DNA of 64,000 nucleotides, from assembly GCA_023920165.1 (NCBI GenBank), contig CP089281.1, forward strand, positions 1,240,001 to 1,304,000, read 5' to 3'. Origin of the DNA: Curvularia clavata (lineage: Eukaryota). The first letter of the stretch is position 1; every line of letters starts with the position of its first letter. The translations under genes and the position numbers were made by a program. Of the stretch, positions 12,896 to 23,240 are shown one piece after another. Under the pieces are notes generated by a model. It saw only the letters and a program-made list of their open reading frames with translations. It did not search any database and was not told the origin of the DNA.

Positions 12896-13370
12896 TTCTC
12901 AAGAACAATAGGAGCAGATCCAAAAGCCACCGTATCACGCCTCAACCATGTCAGTCTACTTCTAGGCCCCGTTCTTACCTCCTTTGGCGGTATTTGCTGC
13001 AAAGTGCCTTGATTCCATGTTTTCAATACTATTAGTCCACCGCCCCTTGCATGGCCTCGACGATCAAATCGTCCGACGAGTCTTTGGAACTCCCAGTGGC
13101 ACGGGGCGTATGACTGGCTCTTACGAACGGGGGCTTCAACAATGACAAGAGATATGACCTTGTCACGTGCTTCTCAAGAACAATAGTAAGAGTCGGAGCT
13201 AACTAATCGCCACTTCCTAACTACACACATTGCAAGCCTCAAAAGAAGATCTAGACTTGGCTTCGTGATGAACAATCATAGGTCACAAAGGAAACACTCT
13301 TCTTTCTTGCACTGTTGCATCTGATCATACTCCTGATAGAAGCCCTATAAATTCTTCTCTTTCTTCCCCA
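12896..13370 (+). promoter_or_regulatory. Promoter of the CaaX-repeat peptide gene: HMG-box-type sites, TATA box and CT box
   Basis: AACAAT at 12904, 13138, 13179 and 13271, ACAAAG at 13285, all on the + strand. Perfect 16-bp direct repeat TTCTCAAGAACAATAG at 12896-12911 and 13171-13186. TATAAA at 13346-13351 followed by a pyrimidine tract. Confidence 0.65.
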
Positions 13371-13468
13371 GGTCCTAATTTCTCCACTGCAACATCAGTC
13401 TACAACCCTACAATCATCCAAGCTTTCTACTAAAACCTCTTTGAAACTAATATATTTCTTCAAAAAAA

Positions 13469-13648
13469 ATGAAAATGGCGGGTATAAAACCCGTCCCTCG
13501 CCGGGGAAGTTCTCCAGGACCAGGCTGTACCGTCTCTCGCGGCTCTTCTCCAGGCCCAGGCTGCACAGTCTCTCGTGGTAGCTCACCAGGCCCAGGCTGC
13601 GTCGTTTCTCGGGGTAGCTCCCCGGGACCTGGCTGCGTAGTCAGCTAA
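13469..13648 (+). CDS. Putative lipopeptide (a-factor-like / h-type) pheromone precursor, 59 aa, four CaaX-ended repeats
   Basis: Hand translation: MKMAGIKPVPR-RGSSPGPGCTVS-RGSSPGPGCTVS-RGSSPGPGCVVS-RGSSPGPGCVVS-stop. ATG in A-rich context (CAAAAAAAATG), terminal CVVS CaaX box, repeat differences almost all synonymous. One residue shorter than the smallest ORFs in the supplied track. Confidence 0.85.
   Translation: MKMAGIKPVPRRGSSPGPGCTVSRGSSPGPGCTVSRGSSPGPGCVVSRGSSPGPGCVVS
13502..13645 (+). repeat. 36-bp coding tandem repeat, 4 units
   Basis: Units start at 13502, 13538, 13574 and 13610; each encodes RGSSPGPGC[T/V]VS. Confidence 0.95.
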
Positions 13649-14342
13649 ACACTTGTTCTTCCTTCTTCGTCTTCTTCTTTCTTCACGAAATCACTGGGCG
13701 GTCGCGACATTCTTTTCGACGATACTTCTTTGTATATAATGCGAGAGTAACATGGAGGAAGAGAGACAAAAGTAGCTTCTCTCTTCGCTTCATGTCTTAC
13801 CTTGCTGTTTTGCTACGCTACGATACAAACTACGGAGCCCGTTCCCCCGAAAGGGCAGGGTATGTTGACATGAGATATGAGGGTGGATTATGGACGGCGG
13901 GACTTTTGCACAAGGACATGGGATTTAGGAATGGGCGCAGTTGATCGAGGGTGGCAAGGCTATTTTTACTTTTGATGTCTATGTATTATTTATGTCGTCA
14001 CGTCGGAAATACCAATGAAGAAATGGCCATCTCCTTTTATGCGTTCTCGGACAAGCTTGATCCAGTCTTCGAGTGTCTTCATTACTGTGACATCTGGACC
14101 CATGAATTGTTTCATCTGAATCATGCATTACGGTTTTCACGCTGATTGGCCCATGTCAACGTGCATGCACTTCGGTTATTCTCAGCACAAGGCAAGTTCA
14201 ACGTCCGTTTTAGTCTTAGCCCTTCAAGGACCCCTCATCATGGAATGTCCATCGTGTTTTCACGAAACTTCGGTAGGACGTCCTCACCAGTGGCCCTTCT
14301 AGTCCTTGCTCGGGAATTCATGGATAGCTTCCTCGCTTAAAC

Positions 14343-16196
14343 ATGCCATTGAGTCAAAAACCGCGCCGACGTGACTTCGAATATAGCCTTCTACAACCCC
14401 ATAGTTTCAGGTTACTAGAGATCATTCCGGGACGAAGTCTATACGCCGATATTCACTGTAGGCTGCGGCACTATCAATTAGACTCGGCACCGCCATACGA
14501 AGCTCTATCATATACGTGGGGCGATAGGGAGAGTACATGCCGGATATCATTGAATGGTTTAGCCTTCCACATCCGTCCAAACCTTCGTGACGCGTTGCGT
14601 CGCCTGCGGCAACTTGGAAGCACAAGAATCTGGGTTGATGCAATATGCATTGATCAAAACAAAGCCGACGAGAAAGCCGTTCAAGTGCCTCTAATGGGAA
14701 ATATATATACTCGAGCAAAACGTGTTGTTGCTTGGCTTGGTGAAGAGACAAATGAAATTGAGATGGCTCTTGATTTCATGCCACTCTTGACTCAGTTTGC
14801 TATACTCGACAACGAGCGTATCTGGTTAAACTGCCTTAGAAAGAACGAGTTTCTTCTGCGACTGAAGTTCCTTTGTCATCTGTTCGGCCTTCCTTGGTGG
14901 AAAAGGATGTGGATAATCCAAGAAGTGGCACTGGCTCCGGAGGTCCTTGTTTTGTGCGGTTCTCATCGCATTCCTTGGTCGAAATTCCATTCCTTTATCA
15001 CAGTCTGGATGGACATTGGAAATTTGCAGTATCACGACTTGAACTTGCTTCAAGCAAGTACCTGTCGTCTACTTGGCATGCTCGTCTCCGGCTTTGCAGA
15101 GGCATTAACGAGACTGCGTCAGTTACATCAGACTACTTCCTCCGCGCCTGAGTCACTCAAACTATCGAATTTGCTCTGGTCATTCAAATATCGACATGCA
15201 ACTGATCCTAGAGACAAGATTTATGGCCTTTTAGGTCTTCTTGGTGACCACGGAATCCAGGTCGACTGCAGTAAGTCGGCTGAGGATATATACTTGTCAT
15301 TCTTTTCCTCATGCCTGATGGAAGACAAAGGCCTAGACTGGTTTCGTTGGATGACTGGAGAGCCCTATGAGTCTAATGAACTATGCCTTCCATCTTGGGT
15401 TCCCGATTTTGGTCCGAGATCTTTAATCCCAATCTCCTCTTTTTTGCCTTACCAAGATCTAGGAGAGTCGCAGCGAGCATTCTTGACAGCTGGGAGAGAT
15501 CGGTCAAGGTCATCGTCTACTATTAGATTTGGAGATGACTCTCGTATACTCATTCTCCGAGGCTATTTGTTTGACGTGGTCAGCCAATGCGAAGAATATA
15601 CTTACCCCGTTGTAGAAGATAATATTCTTAATGGTAGCGCGGACCGACGAGTCTTCTCACGCTGGAAGAAAATGGCAATGGATACAAAATTTGAAATATA
15701 TCATTCGCGTGTCGCTAAAGAGGATGCCTTTTGGAGAACAATTTTGACCGACCGGCAGATCGAAGGGCTTCATTTTGAGGAAAATGCTGGATGGAACCCA
15801 GCACAGCGACTACAAGCAGGAATACAGCATGTTCCACCTAAAAACAAGGAGGAGGAGCAGCAGTTGTTGCAAGCCATGGAGAATCGGCCACTTTGCCTGA
15901 ACGGGCGAAGTTTTTGTATAACTAGGAAGGGACATTTCTGCTTACTGCCACCGACCGCTTCCAAGGGGGACCTAATCTGCGTATTGCTGGGCGGCGAGGT
16001 GCCCTACGTACTGAGGCGTGTCCATGATCAAAGCGAAGAGTTTTATACGATGGTGGGTGAATGGTGAGTGGCCAGATCCCTGCGTACCGTTTTGATTACT
16101 GACTGGGCTGTTAGTTATGTTCATGGAATAATGGATGGTGAGGTTATTGCCGACATTGCGCAAGGGAAAGACGAGGCTGAGTTCAGGCTGCGATGA
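14343..16196 (+). CDS. HET-domain heterokaryon incompatibility protein, HET-6-like architecture
   Basis: YEALSYTWG, WVDAICIDQ, QVPLMGNIY, WWKRMWIIQE, ATDPRDKIYGLLGL, LPSWVPDF, GDLICVLLGG. Intron 16064-16114 restores the C-terminal VGECYVHGIMDGE. Confidence 0.93.
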
Positions 16197-17138
16197 GGTT
16201 ACATATGTTTATGAAAAATAGCGAAGTTTTACGTCATTCAACGTGTGAAGTCTCGGTTTCTTTTAGGAGCAAAGATGTCCTTCCTCACCAAAAGATCTAA
16301 ACACTTCACGACTATACCCACAACAGAAGTCGCTATATTTTGGCCAGCGTCTGATTTAACTGACTACTTACTTCCTGAACGCAGTAAATGATCACGGGGA
16401 AAGTTTCGTATAACTCCAACTAGCCCAGCCTTGGAGACAAACATCGTAAGGTCAAATAACGTGGTGTCAGCGTCTAATACCCGCTCTGAGCATCCTACTC
16501 AACGTTCGGCAGGGGACGACACTTGTTCCTAATATGCCACTTTACTCGGATTAAATACAGGCATTTTCTGGGTTTTTTTCTACAATGTCGGAGAAATGTG
16601 GAGGTGCATGTCAGTGGACCATCACGCTTAGAAGCTCAACGTGGTTTTCAAAAACCGTGTGCAAGAACGGTCGCAGGGGGTGTTGAAAACATGGGTCCCT
16701 TAGAGAGGACACAGTTTGATTTGATGAACACGAGTTCGCGCTCTCATATGTGAGCGTGTATGGCTTCACAATGAAGGCACGGCGTTTATGTTAAAGCTTG
16801 AAGCGGGAGTACGTTTTTTGGTCTTTTAGTGGGCCGAAGATGACCTGATATGATAGAAAGGTGTGTCATTTCGTAGTATTATCATTCTCTGCTTCTAGAC
16901 TCTAATAGTAGTAGGAACTGATGTTCGGGGAGTATCTCGGGCTATTAGCTAATCTATCTAAGTGGAGAGCTCGTAAACTCGCTTGGTGACTTTCATAAAA
17001 ATCCTTCTTAATTTCCTTCGTCTAGGTAATACATGTGGTATATTGCTGAATTGGTCCAACGCCTTTCCCAAAGTAATGTTGATGTTGATTTGCGAAAGGC
17101 TGCAGAAAAACAAGTGCTCGTCTAATTCGGCTCATTAC

Positions 17139-18143
17139 TCAAAACTTTTTCTCGCTACCGGCTTGGGCGGGTAGCGCAGTAAGCGTTTTCGACTGTCGAT
17201 CGGGTAGCTCGACCAGTTGTTGTATGGCTAGGTCCTTTTCCGCCGGCGGTATTTCAGTGACAGGAGCTTGTCTAAGATGTAGTTAGTTCAACTGCTTGAG
17301 AAGAAGAGGATCTGGCATTCTTACTCCCGTGGTGTTCTGGGTGCCTCATGAGCATATTCATGCTTTGACTGTAGAGGATAGAAGTCCTCGTTGTTATAGT
17401 CTAAGGACTTCAGTGTGCTGTTTGTTGGCTGATTGCTCGCCTGTTTGCGACGCCAGATACAGAAGCCAGCAAGAAAAATGAGAGGAATACCCAGGCCAAG
17501 GCCAAGGCCGAGCCCTATTCCAAGAGCGAGATAATTCTGTGATCCTTCATTAGATGTCAAGGATTGTGCGCCAGAGCTAGAGCCGGTGGGGGAAGTAGAA
17601 GCGGATGCTGGCAATGTCGCTGAACTCTTGGATGTTTTCGAAGTAGGAGCAGAAGGGTTTGGTGTGAACTTTTCAAGTATAATAGTCTTGGTCGAGACAG
17701 CGGATGGTGGCTCAGGAAAGCTGAAGACCTCAAATGGGCTGTCGCATTTGCAGTCGTCGTAACAGCAGTACGAGTCGACATCGGTGACATTGCAGGCGTA
17801 GACCGGAGAACCAGCATGCATGTTATCTTGATGGCAGTGAGTATGTATCCATTGAGCATGGCGCACTCGACATACCAAAACATTGTCGCACGCAGTTTCC
17901 GCTTTTCCACCCTCGGTCAGTACATGTACCCCTGTATGTCTTTGCCTTTGAAGGGTTATGAGGATTATCCACACAGAGCCCGTTAGAAAGGCATGCTTGC
18001 CTGTCGAAGCAGCAGGACGAGACTATGGCATTGGGGTCGCATGCAGTGTCCAGAGTTGATTCTTGGCCATCTGGGAAATAGCAAGTAGCGAAGACAGACG
18101 ATGAAAACGTTAGCAGGAGAGGAACGAACACAGTAGTCCGCAT
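17139..18143 (-). CDS. Single-pass membrane protein with Cys-rich extracellular domain and Ser/Thr stalk (Mid2/WSC-like layout)
   Basis: Signal peptide; CYFPDG..CD..SCC..ACLSNGLC..RGTCTD..W..C..C; S/T-rich stalk; TM segment LGIGLGLGLGLGIPLIFLAGFCIW followed by RRK. Introns about 17827-17875 and 17272-17324. Confidence 0.8.
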
Positions 18144-18719
18144 GATGGGCAACGTGAGAGATGGAGAGAGAGATCTGGGGGAAAAACTGCGCAAGGCACA
18201 CAGCAGTGACTACGACCAGGGCCTTATAGTAGGCATGACACAGCCAGTACCAAAAGTAACCAGGCCTGATTTCTCATAGTAGAGATCCTACGGTGGTACT
18301 GCGGAAGGTTTCATGGTTCTTAATTTGCTGTTGAGACATCGCAGCCCACCTGACGATCATGAAAGGCGTTACTCGGTGAATCTGTTGTGTTCGGGGCCCT
18401 GGCGCAATTATCCAGCTTATGTATGGTAGGTTTCATGTTTCCTAGCCCATGCAGCTTGGGTACAGCGGCTGCAGAAACACGAGAAAATGGGATAGGGGAG
18501 TTTGAGATAGAGCGCCCCAACCTGCCGTATTCAGATATTTCCAAGTCGTGGGGGGTGTGAGATGGCGAGGGAGGAGGCATCCGTTAGCATTGACAGGTCT
18601 TGGCGCGAGACCGTGCGTCCCCCAAGTCTGGAACACGTCGTGTCGCGTCTGGTCAAGGCGCAATGCACACAACCATGACACTCATCACATGACGCCCGCC
18701 ATCCGCACCCACGCTCCCA

Positions 18720-20759
18720 ATGTCTGAGCCGCGACGGTCGACGAGGGCGCGCGCCCGGGAAGAAGCTGCTCCGCCGCCGCCAGAGACGCCTCACGACAAA
18801 GGCGCCAACGCTGCCCGAGGCGCAAAGACGTCGTTGAAGCGCAAGCGGCCAAGTGTGGCTGTTAAAGAGCAGACACCATCAACACCACCTGTCGCCGACG
18901 GCGCGCCGCTGCCCCCCAAACAGACTCTGCCCCTCCGAATCGTCGACGGTGCACCGCTGCCTACGCTTCCCGAACCACAGCCTCTCGATCTGCCGTCAAG
19001 CGAATGGCAGACGATTCAGCAGAGTGGCGTTCTCGAGACGTCGTTCGAGCGCTCTAAGGCAGTATGGCTGTCTGGCGCCAACTTTCGCACGTTTCACACC
19101 CATTTCACCCAGCCAAAAAAACTGGCCGACCGGACCGACGAGGACAAGGCCAAGGCTCAGCGCCAGAAAGAGCTACTGAAGAACTTTCCCCAAGTCGGCA
19201 GCGACCGAGTCGTGGTAAAGCTCGTCATAGAACCTCACACGTTGCCCATCAAGCTGTATGGACCGCGTGAGGTAGGCAAGTCGGTCCACAAGAAGACGCC
19301 TGCTCCGTCGCCTTATGCCCCATGGCCGAACCACAACCATGGTCATAGCCATGGCCACAGTCATGGCCACAGCCAGCCTAACCAGCATACAAAGTACCAC
19401 CATGGACCGCCAATTCACCAGAAACCCCAGCCTCGACCGCCACAACTACCCAAGCCTGTACAAGCAGCCCCTCCGCCTGCGCCACCCGCACCCACGCCTG
19501 CGCCCGACCCTGTTATTCACATGCTTGCGGCAAGAGCTGGGACGGATCCGGCATTGAAGGCTGTCATGAAGATTGTTGCAGCGGGCGAGGCGAGCAAGGA
19601 GCAACTTGAGTTCTTCCAGACACACATCAACGAGTTGACGGCTATCCTAGCCCGCCAGAAAGAGGAGAAACCTCCCAAACCTGCGCCAATGCCTCCCGCC
19701 CCGAAGCCTACACCACCGCCCCCGCCTCCTGCGCCGCCAAAGCAGATAGCTCCGCCTCCGCTTCCACGGCCAGTTCAGCCTATGCACCAACCGATTCAAC
19801 CGAGCGCACCCAAGCCCTACAACCCTAATCCCCCGCCAATGCACATACAGCAAGCGCCTCATGTACACCAACACCATCCGCCATACCCAAACAACTATAG
19901 TAAACCACCTCAGTATCACCCTCCACCCCAGGTGCCCGTTTACAACCCTCCGCCAAGAACAACATACCGTCCTTTGGTATTCAGCTTTGTGCATGGCAAC
20001 GAGGATAAGTTCTATTTCCCGTCGTACAGCTTCATGGAATGGCTTCCGAATGGCACTGGGGCGAAGTTATCATTCTTGATTACCAAGATGAAACCGAAAC
20101 CGAAGCCAGAGACCCCCACCGTTGAACCGCCTTCCACACCTGCTCCTCCTAAATCCACACCAGCGCCAGCGCCCACACCTGGTGCAACTACATCTGGTGC
20201 ACCTACGACAACAACGACAGCGACACCCGGCCCCATGCCAAATTCAACACCGGATCTGGCTCTTTCGAATCCCACGACACCCGCGCCGAATATCTCAACC
20301 CCTAATTTTGCGCCCATCCAACCCGCCGCTTCGGCTCCTCCAGCACCTTCAACACCCTTTGTCCCACCTAAGCCGCCCCAGCGGATCGAGGAATTTGATG
20401 AAATGAACGACATCGACAACATCGAGTTTTATCAGCCCGTCACTGTCCTTTTGCTCATCGAAAATGATGAAGGTGACGAAATCGCAAGCGCTCTCCCACG
20501 ATCAATACGACCACCACATATTGTGGAAAAGTACATGAATGAAGTGTTTGATCGGTGCAAACGCGCGGATGAGACGTATCTTGCTTTCAGGCTACCAAGA
20601 GATGGCGAGGAAGCGCCAGAAAAGAAGATCAAGAGTGGTGATGTCACGCCTGCCGTCGCAACACCTACCCAGGATGTAAACATGGGAGTGGCTGGCACGA
20701 CTACAACGAGTGCAGCCGATAGAAAGAAGGCGGGGCGACCTAGGAGAAGTCTTGCCTGA
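18720..20759 (+). CDS. SWC3: Proline-rich protein resembling SWR1-complex subunit Swc3
   Basis: Intronless 679-aa ORF; LPTLPEPQPLDLPSSEWQTIQQSGVLETSFERSKAVWL, DPVIHMLAARAGTDPALKAVMKIVA, YQPVT..V..YM..V. Family call from recall. Confidence 0.7.
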   Translation: MSEPRRSTRARAREEAAPPPPETPHDKGANAARGAKTSLKRKRPSVAVKEQTPSTPPVADGAPLPPKQTLPLRIVDGAPLPTLPEPQPLDLPSSEWQTIQQSGVLETSFERSKAVWLSGANFRTFHTHFTQPKKLADRTDEDKAKAQRQKELLKNFPQVGSDRVVVKLVIEPHTLPIKLYGPREVGKSVHKKTPAPSPYAPWPNHNHGHSHGHSHGHSQPNQHTKYHHGPPIHQKPQPRPPQLPKPVQAAPPPAPPAPTPAPDPVIHMLAARAGTDPALKAVMKIVAAGEASKEQLEFFQTHINELTAILARQKEEKPPKPAPMPPAPKPTPPPPPPAPPKQIAPPPLPRPVQPMHQPIQPSAPKPYNPNPPPMHIQQAPHVHQHHPPYPNNYSKPPQYHPPPQVPVYNPPPRTTYRPLVFSFVHGNEDKFYFPSYSFMEWLPNGTGAKLSFLITKMKPKPKPETPTVEPPSTPAPPKSTPAPAPTPGATTSGAPTTTTTATPGPMPNSTPDLALSNPTTPAPNISTPNFAPIQPAASAPPAPSTPFVPPKPPQRIEEFDEMNDIDNIEFYQPVTVLLLIENDEGDEIASALPRSIRPPHIVEKYMNEVFDRCKRADETYLAFRLPRDGEEAPEKKIKSGDVTPAVATPTQDVNMGVAGTTTTSAADRKKAGRPRRSLA

Positions 20760-21244
20760 GTTGGACTTGAAGTGTTGTACGTTTATGTGTGTTGATACTA
20801 CTAGAATCTAGCATAGAAACCTTCCTTTTCACACTACTACAAATAAATGATACCCATTCTTTATTCTAAAATAAGCTTTTCTTCGCATTGATCTACGAAT
20901 TTCTTCTATGCGCAAACACAAATTGAACCTTTTTCTCCCCAAACCAGAACTCTCCAAAGATTGTTAAAGACACCAACCCCAACAAGCCCGAATGGACATT
21001 CGTATCGGTAAAGCAATCCAGCGTCGTCGCTCACCTCCGATGCCAAGACCGACCTTTACCAGCCGGACCAGCCTTACCCATCCGGCCTAGCCTAATCTTT
21101 CTCCGAACCCGACAATCAAACCGTCTGGCTTAGTGCCATCTATCTTGTGTGTGCCATTCCCATCACCCCCCATCCCTTTCCGCATCCTGTCATCTTTTCA
21201 TTTATTTGCGTTCCGGCTTCGCAATCGGATGCGAACACGCCACG

Positions 21245-22957
21245 ATGCCGGACTTCAAATCATGGTTTACGAAAGCCTACTGGACGTTCGCTATCCTGGG
21301 CATGATATGGGCGGTCTTTATTGGCGCGTTGATTCATCCAAGGTTGCAGAGACAGTGAGTTTGATGCTGCCTTCTTTCCCCATCTGTGCTTCGTATTGGG
21401 GTGAATTGAACATGTCTCGGTTGTTCGTGTCACGAAGAGGGAATGGTGGACTGACGTGTTTTGGGTAATGCAGTGCGCTGTATGCTCATAAGTTTCATAC
21501 GGGATTCTTGGATAACGTGACGAATCCGGAGGAGTTTGGATTTGCGAGTAAGTTCTATGCCTTGTGTTTTGGCTTCTGTTCATACTGTACACTCAACTAA
21601 CTGTCTTTTCTCTTGATCAGAGGGCCAAGTTCAGCCATTCTGGCTTACTACGCTAGACAACGAGAAGTTGTTTTGCTGGCACGTGCTTCCTCTAGATGTA
21701 TATCTGGAGAACGAGCATGAGCTTTCTACTGCAGCGGCAGTGGGCCAGACGGTAGATGGGTTGAAAGGGACTGTGGGGGAGAAACTGATGAGTAGGGACG
21801 TCGACACGAGAGTGGTTATCAATTTCCATGGGGTAAGTATCTTGCATTTTGTTTCCGCACTTTTCATTAACATCCCTTGTTCTCTGTGACGTCTTTTTGC
21901 AAATTTCCACGACAGCATTATTTCGCCACATTCTAGCGATTCTCTCTTTTCATATGTCCCGGATTTTTCTCTCTCATACCCATGTCTATTCCAACGGCGA
22001 GCAAGGGCTCACTGCCTACATGTCATACCTCAACCTAACATTCTCCACTAGAACGCTGGCCACGTAGCCCAGGGGTGGCGCCCCTCAACCTACCGCTCCA
22101 TCTCCGGCATCCCAAAAGCTCACCTCCTGACCTGCGACTACCGCGGCTTTGGTCTATCTTCCCTCAACAACCCTCCTCATCTCCCCACGGAAACTGGTCT
22201 CATCACCGACGCCATATCCCTGATATCCTACGTCACCCACGACCTAGGTCATCCCATCTCTCGCACTGTACTCCTCGGCCAGAGTCTCGGCACCGCCGTG
22301 ACATCAGCAGCCGCACTGTACTACACAGACCCCACGTCTTCCGAACTACCACAGGACCTCACACCAGCCCCTGCACTCGCCCTCACTAAGCACGCCAAAG
22401 AAACCTTTGCCAGCATCATCCTCGTAGCACCCTTCCGCACACTCCCCTTGCTCCTCCAACACTATCGTATAGGCGGCATCCTCCCAATTCTCAAGCCCCT
22501 CCAAGCCTACCCCCGCATCGCAAACTTCCTCTCTTCCCGCATCGTAGATACCTGGCCCACGGTATCTCGCCTGGAATCCCTCATCTCTGCGGAAAAGAGC
22601 AAAAAGCTGGGTTTTCATCTTGCTATTCTGCATGCCAGAAATGATCAGGATATCTCGTATCATGAGAGTGAGGCTTTGTTCGCGCCATTACAGACGATGA
22701 TGCTGGCGGCGGGGGATGCAGCGGAGGATGTGTCGACGGAGGAGACGAGACGGAGTATCCATGGTGGGGAGCGAGTGAAGCGGGGAGCTTTTGCGTATAA
22801 GAAGGTGGAGGATGGGAAGGGAGAGCGGTGTATTGAGCTAGAGATTACACGGTATGGAGGGCATAATGAGATTGTCGGGTGGACGCAGGTAGCGCTTGCG
22901 GTAAGGAGGGCATTTGAGAGGAGGGGGAGGATGAAGCCGGGGTTGGACGTGGAATGA
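21245..22957 (+). CDS. Membrane-anchored alpha/beta hydrolase, ABHD12/Bem46-like
   Basis: N-terminal TM helix, NFHGNAGH, CDYRGFG, nucleophile GQSLG, HARND, GGHN. Three introns between about 21355 and 22051. Confidence 0.88.
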
Positions 22958-23240
22958 TGGAGTGCTTCGCTGTGGAAAGCAAGGAAGAGCGAAAAGGAGT
23001 CTCTTTGGTTGTTGAGGGGGATATCATTTTTCCAAACGTTCAAACGTTGCGTGTCATCTACAATATACATGTACAACTAATCTACATTCATCCAGCATTT
23101 GATTCGCAGATACGCCAGACGTCCGTCTATATGCAAGCCATGCGTCTTTTAACCTTCTTTTCGTGTTTCGCCGCCAGGGTATACCATGTCCACCCCACAC
23201 CATCTTTTCCACAAATGCTTCACAGACTTGTATCTCAAGC

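Noticed and set aside
12082..13026. 314-aa minus-strand ORF
   Set aside because: Read-through of intron and upstream sequence into HAD exon 2; the spliced model from 12731 restores the DxD motif.
13259..13344. C/D box snoRNA look-alike (GTGATGA...CTGA, GGCTTC/GAAGCC stem)
   Set aside because: Stem-to-box spacing does not fit a K-turn, the possible 18S guide is only about 10 nt and matches no methylation site I know, and it overlaps the promoter. A snoscan run would settle it.
13502..13645. CRISPR array or amyloid signalling motif partnered with the HET gene
   Set aside because: Eukaryotic context with no spacers; the Pro-rich unit is unlike the N/Q/G-rich HET-s, PP or sigma amyloid motifs.
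13447..13710. Minus-strand reading of the repeat (MSRPPSDF...*LTTQPGPGELPRE x4) as a RIP-damaged gene
   Set aside because: It has an in-frame TAG and more amino-acid changes between units; the + frame explains the L/E change as a synonymous Ser switch and gives a clean ATG-to-CaaX-stop ORF.
13161..13870. Solo LTR (TGTCA...TGACA ends, TATA, hairpins, internal repeats)
   Set aside because: Flanks GACCT and TGAGA give no target-site duplication, and codon-level conservation of the repeat is not expected in an LTR.
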